29,806 bases of DNA, taken from the NCBI GenBank assembly GCA_041497895.1, contig JBGQHJ010000050.1, forward strand, positions 1 through 29,806. The letters run 5' to 3'. The position numbers and the translations under genes are program-made. This document shows, in pieces, positions 26,240 to 29,806 of the stretch (positions are counted from its first letter, which is position 1; every line of letters begins with the position of its first letter). This DNA comes from Candidatus Methylomirabilia bacterium (GTDB lineage: Bacteria; Methylomirabilota; Methylomirabilia; Rokubacteriales; CSP1-6). The notes below the pieces were generated by a model, which was not told where the DNA came from, did no database searches, and saw only the letters and a list, made by a program, of their open reading frames with translations.

Positions 26240-27256
26240 ATGGACCTGGGCATCTTCGACCACCTGGACCGCCGGGACGTCCCGGTGGCCGACTTCTACG
26301 AGCACCGCCTCCGGCTGCTCGAGAAGTACGACGCGGCCGGCTTCTACTCCTACCACCTGGCCGAGCACCACGCGACGCCGCTCGGCCTGGCCCCGGTGCC
26401 CGGGATCTTCCTGGCCGCGGCCACCCAGCGCACCCGGCGGATCCGTCTCGGGCCCTGCGTGTACTGCCTGCCGCTCTACGACCCGCTCCGGCTCATCGAG
26501 GAGGTCTGCATGCTCGATCAGCTCTCCCGGGGCCGGTTCGACTTCGGGGTGGGGCGGGGGATCGTGCCCTACGAGATGGCCTTCTTCGACCTCCACCACC
26601 TGGAGACCGAGGACATCTACCGGGAGACGCTCGAGATCGTGCTCCAGGGTCTGACGAGCGACGTGCTCGACCATCGGGGAGCAAAGTACGTATACAGAAA
26701 AGTCCCGATGATCCTGAAGCCGCTCCAGAAGCCGCACCCGCCGCTCTGGTACGGGCTCGGGCACGCCGCGGGCGCGGAGTGGGCGGCCACCAGCCGGGTC
26801 AACGTCATCACCAACCTGGGCGCCGAGATGTCGGCGCCGCTCTTCGAGCGCTACCGCGAGGTGTGGCAGCGCAAGCACGGCGACGTGCCGACTCCGCGGC
26901 TCGGGATGGGCCGTCACGTGGTGGTGGGCCCGACCGAGGACGCGGCGATGGCCCTCGGGCGCGCCAACTACGCGGTCTGGTACGCGAACCTCACCAAGCT
27001 GTGGCGGGACTTCGGCTCGATCCCGTTCCGCTTCGCTCCCGACTTCGACGAGGCGCGCCGCCGCGGGGTGGCCATCGCGGGCACCCCGGCGCAGGTGCGG
27101 ACCGAGATCGAGCGCCAGGTGGCGGCGAGCCGCTGCACCTACATGACCTGTCGGCTCATGTTCGGCGAGATGAGCGAGGCGGAGGCGGCCGCCAACGTCG
27201 ATCTGTTCGTGGCCGAGGTCATGCCGCACGTCACCGCGCTGGCCGTGCCGGCGTGA
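26240..27256 (+). CDS. LLM-class (luciferase-like) flavin-dependent oxidoreductase
   Basis: AEHH, TRRIRLG, PLRLIEE..MLDQLSRGRFDFGVGRG, PLQKPHPPLW and VMP motifs. Confidence 0.93.
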   Translation: MDLGIFDHLDRRDVPVADFYEHRLRLLEKYDAAGFYSYHLAEHHATPLGLAPVPGIFLAAATQRTRRIRLGPCVYCLPLYDPLRLIEEVCMLDQLSRGRFDFGVGRGIVPYEMAFFDLHHLETEDIYRETLEIVLQGLTSDVLDHRGAKYVYRKVPMILKPLQKPHPPLWYGLGHAAGAEWAATSRVNVITNLGAEMSAPLFERYREVWQRKHGDVPTPRLGMGRHVVVGPTEDAAMALGRANYAVWYANLTKLWRDFGSIPFRFAPDFDEARRRGVAIAGTPAQVRTEIERQVAASRCTYMTCRLMFGEMSEAEAAANVDLFVAEVMPHVTALAVPA

Positions 27257-27263
27257 GGCCGCG

Positions 27264-28031
27264 ATGAGACTGGAGGGCCGCACCGCCTTCGTCACCGGCG
27301 CCAGCCGCAACATCGGCCGCGCCATCGCCCTGGCCTTCGCGGCCGAGGGCGCCGATCTGGTGCTGAACACGCGCGCCAACCGCGACGAGCTGGAGGCGGT
27401 GGGGGACGAGTGCCGAGCCCGCGGCGTCCGCGCGGTGTGCGTGCTGGGCGACGTGGGAGACCCGGACGCGGTCACCCGCATGGTCGAGGGCGGGCTCGCG
27501 GTGCTCGGGGCCATCGACGTGCTCGTGTGCAACGCGGCCATCCGCCCGCACAAGTCGCTCGTCGAGACCGCGGTCGAGGACTGGCACCGGGTGTTCGCGG
27601 TGAACCTGCACTCGGCCTTCTATCTGGCCCGCGCGGTGGTGCCGGGCATGCAGGCGCGCGGGCGAGGGAGCATCATCGCGCTCGGCGGGCAGTCGAGCCT
27701 GACCGGGCGGCCGGGCACCGCCGCGGTGACCGCGGCCAAGACCGGTCTCCTCGGCCTGGTGCGGGCCCTCGCCGCGGAGCTGGGCCCCGCGGGCATCCGC
27801 GTGAACATGGTGGTGCCGGGGACCATCGACACCGAGCGCCGCTACGCGGAATGGTACCCTGAGTTCCGCCAGGCCCCGCCCGGCTCGCCCGAGCAGCTCC
27901 GGCGCATCCCGCTCGGCCGGCTCGGCCGTCCGGAGGACATCGCGCAGGCGTGCGTGTTCCTGGCCTCGGACGCCTCGTCCTACATCACGGGCGACGCCCT
28001 CCGGGTCATGGGCGGCAGCATCATCAGCTAG
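27264..28031 (+). CDS. SDR family protein lacking the catalytic Tyr
   Basis: TGASRNIG, CNAAIR, RVNMVVPG, PLGRLG and YITG. The YxxxK motif reads VTAAK. Confidence 0.88.
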   Translation: MRLEGRTAFVTGASRNIGRAIALAFAAEGADLVLNTRANRDELEAVGDECRARGVRAVCVLGDVGDPDAVTRMVEGGLAVLGAIDVLVCNAAIRPHKSLVETAVEDWHRVFAVNLHSAFYLARAVVPGMQARGRGSIIALGGQSSLTGRPGTAAVTAAKTGLLGLVRALAAELGPAGIRVNMVVPGTIDTERRYAEWYPEFRQAPPGSPEQLRRIPLGRLGRPEDIAQACVFLASDASSYITGDALRVMGGSIIS

Positions 28032-28045
28032 GAGAGGAGAGCACA

Positions 28046-28381
28046 GTGAGCGCACAGGCGATGGTCCTCGAGTTCGGGATGGGTGTGGACGTGCACGGCG
28101 AGGAGGGCACGAAGGCCGCGTGCCGGGCGGTGTCGGACGCGATCCGGCACTCGAGCCTGCCGCTCTTCACCGACGTCCGCGCCAAGGGCGGCCGCATGCT
28201 GGTCGACGTCACGGTGGGCGTGCCCGATCCCGGCAAGGTCGACGTGGAGCGCGTGAAGAAGGAGCTGCCCCACGGCGAGGTGACGGTGCGCCCGGTCGCG
28301 GGCGGCCTCAAGGTGCCGGGGGCCGACACCATCATCGCGTGCGCCGCGATCACGGTGAGCGTGGAGTACCCCGGGCGATGA
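28046..28381 (+). CDS. Lin0512-family protein
   Basis: GGAGAGGAG RBS, GTG at 28046. LEFGMGVDVHG...TKAACRAVSDAIRHSSL...LPHG...GGL pattern. Confidence 0.85.
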   Translation: MSAQAMVLEFGMGVDVHGEEGTKAACRAVSDAIRHSSLPLFTDVRAKGGRMLVDVTVGVPDPGKVDVERVKKELPHGEVTVRPVAGGLKVPGADTIIACAAITVSVEYPGR

Positions 28382-28421
28382 GCGCCCGGGAACCGGGCGC
28401 ATCCCCGTTGGAGGTCACGCG

Positions 28422-28910
28422 ATGAGCGCGGGCATCGGGCTCAGGCGACTGCAGCACCTCGTGCTCTGGGTGTCCGACGTGGACCGCAGCGTGCGCTTCT
28501 ACTGCGACGTGCTCGGCTTCGAGGTGAAGACGCGCTACCCCAACGCGGCTTTCCTGCGCATCGCGGGGAGCAGCGAGGACCATCACCTGGGCCTCTTCGA
28601 GCAGCCGGGGGTGACCGGGCCCGACGAGGGCGCGGTGCGCATGTACCACTCGGCCTGGGAAGTGGGCGAGCTGACCGACCTGGTGCGCGCGCGGCGGCGC
28701 CTCATCGAGGCGCGCTCGCTCGTCGGCTCCTCGGACCACGGGGTGAGCCTCTCGCTCTACGCCAAGGATCCCGACGGCCTCGAGTTCGAGGTGTTCTGGA
28801 CGGTGCCGGGCGGCCGTTCGGTGGGGACGCGCGCGCTCGACCTCGAGGGCGAGCTGAAGAAGCGCGGCATCCCCATGCCCCAGGAGATCGACGTCGCCCC
28901 GTCCACATGA
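28422..28910 (+). CDS. VOC/glyoxalase family protein
   Basis: LQHLVLWVSDVDRSVRFY...HHLGL...YHSAWEV...DHGVSLSLYAKDPDGLEFE. GGAGG RBS. Confidence 0.9.
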   Translation: MSAGIGLRRLQHLVLWVSDVDRSVRFYCDVLGFEVKTRYPNAAFLRIAGSSEDHHLGLFEQPGVTGPDEGAVRMYHSAWEVGELTDLVRARRRLIEARSLVGSSDHGVSLSLYAKDPDGLEFEVFWTVPGGRSVGTRALDLEGELKKRGIPMPQEIDVAPST

Positions 28911-29806
28911 CGTGTAGCGGCTGCGGCTTCGAAGCGCCCGCCGACTTCGCGTTCTGTCCAAAGTGTGGAGGCAGGCTGGCCACCGCGAAGGCGCCGCCGC
29001 CTCCTCCGTCCTCGCCGACCGCCGCGCCCGACAGCGACCGGCGGCCGGTGACCGTGCTCTTCGCGGACCTCGTCGGGTTCACCGCGCTCAGCGAGGGGCT
29101 CGATGCCGAGGACGTGCGCGCGATCCAGGCCGACCTCTTCCGCGAGATGTCCGCGTCGATCGAGCGCTACGAGGGCTTCGTCGAGAAGTTCGTGGGTGAC
29201 GCGGTCATGGCCGTCTTCGGCGCCCCGCGCGCGCACGAGGACGATCCCGAGCGCGGCCTGCGCGCCGCGCTCCTGATGCGCGAGCGGGTGGGGGCGCTCA
29301 ATCGCCGCTGGGAGCGGCGGGTGGGCCGGCCCCTCGCGCTCCACATCGGGGTCAACACCGGCCCGGTGGTGGCGGGGCGGATCGGCGTGACCGCCGACGC
29401 CGCCTACGCGGTCACCGGCGACACCGTCAACACCGCCTCTCTCCTGCAGAGCGCGTCGCCCTCGGGCGTGATCCTTATCGTCGACGCGACGTATCAGCTC
29501 ACCCACCTCGCCTTCGCGTTCGCCCCGCGCGAGGAGGTTCCGCTCAAGGGCAAGAGCGAGCCGGTGGGGGTCCATCGCCTGCTGGGCCCGCTCGCGGCCC
29601 CGCGCTCGGCCCGCGGGCTCGAGGGTCTCGGGCTGGCCGCGCCCCTCGTGGGCCGCGAGCGCGAGCTGCGCCGGATGGAGGCGGCCTTCGACGACATGCG
29701 GGCCGGCCGCGCCCAGGTGCTGAGCCTCATCGGCGAGCCGGGGGCGGGGAAGTCGCGGCTGCAGCGGGAGTTCTTCGCGCGCCTCGAGACGGCCGGCCGC
29801 CTCGAG
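28907..29806 (+). CDS. Class III adenylate/guanylate cyclase with N-terminal zinc ribbon and AAA ATPase domain (3' end runs off the window)
   Basis: ATG 28907 (ATGA overlap): MTCSGCG...FCPKCG...RRPVTVLFADLVGFT...EKFVGDAVMAVFGAP.AHEDD...GVNTG...GDTVNTAS...LVGRERE...GEPGAGKSRL. Not in the ORF track. Confidence 0.92.
   Translation, partial: MTCSGCGFEAPADFAFCPKCGGRLATAKAPPPPPSSPTAAPDSDRRPVTVLFADLVGFTALSEGLDAEDVRAIQADLFREMSASIERYEGFVEKFVGDAVMAVFGAPRAHEDDPERGLRAALLMRERVGALNRRWERRVGRPLALHIGVNTGPVVAGRIGVTADAAYAVTGDTVNTASLLQSASPSGVILIVDATYQLTHLAFAFAPREEVPLKGKSEPVGVHRLLGPLAAPRSARGLEGLGLAAPLVGRERELRRMEAAFDDMRAGRAQVLSLIGEPGAGKSRLQREFFARLETAGRLE

Overview
High-GC, gene-dense bacterial chromosomal window. 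Gene content and style suggest Candidatus Rokubacteria or a similar soil lineage, which is an inference only. It holds about 30 CDSs, mostly catabolic or transport genes: an Fe3+/polyamine-type ABC transporter, crotonase, MFS, DUF35 plus thiolase-like pair, PQQ dehydrogenase, three SDRs, 2OG-Fe oxygenase, amidohydrolase, LLM monooxygenase, VOC protein and an adenylate cyclase-AAA protein. Five highlights. (1) A selenoprotein missed by the ORF track (22372-22899; in-frame TGA read as U-G-S-C, followed by a SECIS-like hairpin), translationally coupled to an LMW phosphatase and a partner protein. (2) Directly downstream, a sigma54-driven methanethiol oxidase (mtoX)-SCO pair without the usual mauG. 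(3) An Asp-rich exported leader ending in RAPP, upstream of a small secreted protein and the PQQ dehydrogenase, which may be a ribosome-arrest regulator. (4) A ~450-bp intergenic element with two homologous ~60-bp cores in opposite orientation, each inside its own distinct ~30-bp inverted repeat. (5) Several enzymes with altered catalytic residues. No rRNA, tRNA, CRISPR array or transposase was seen.
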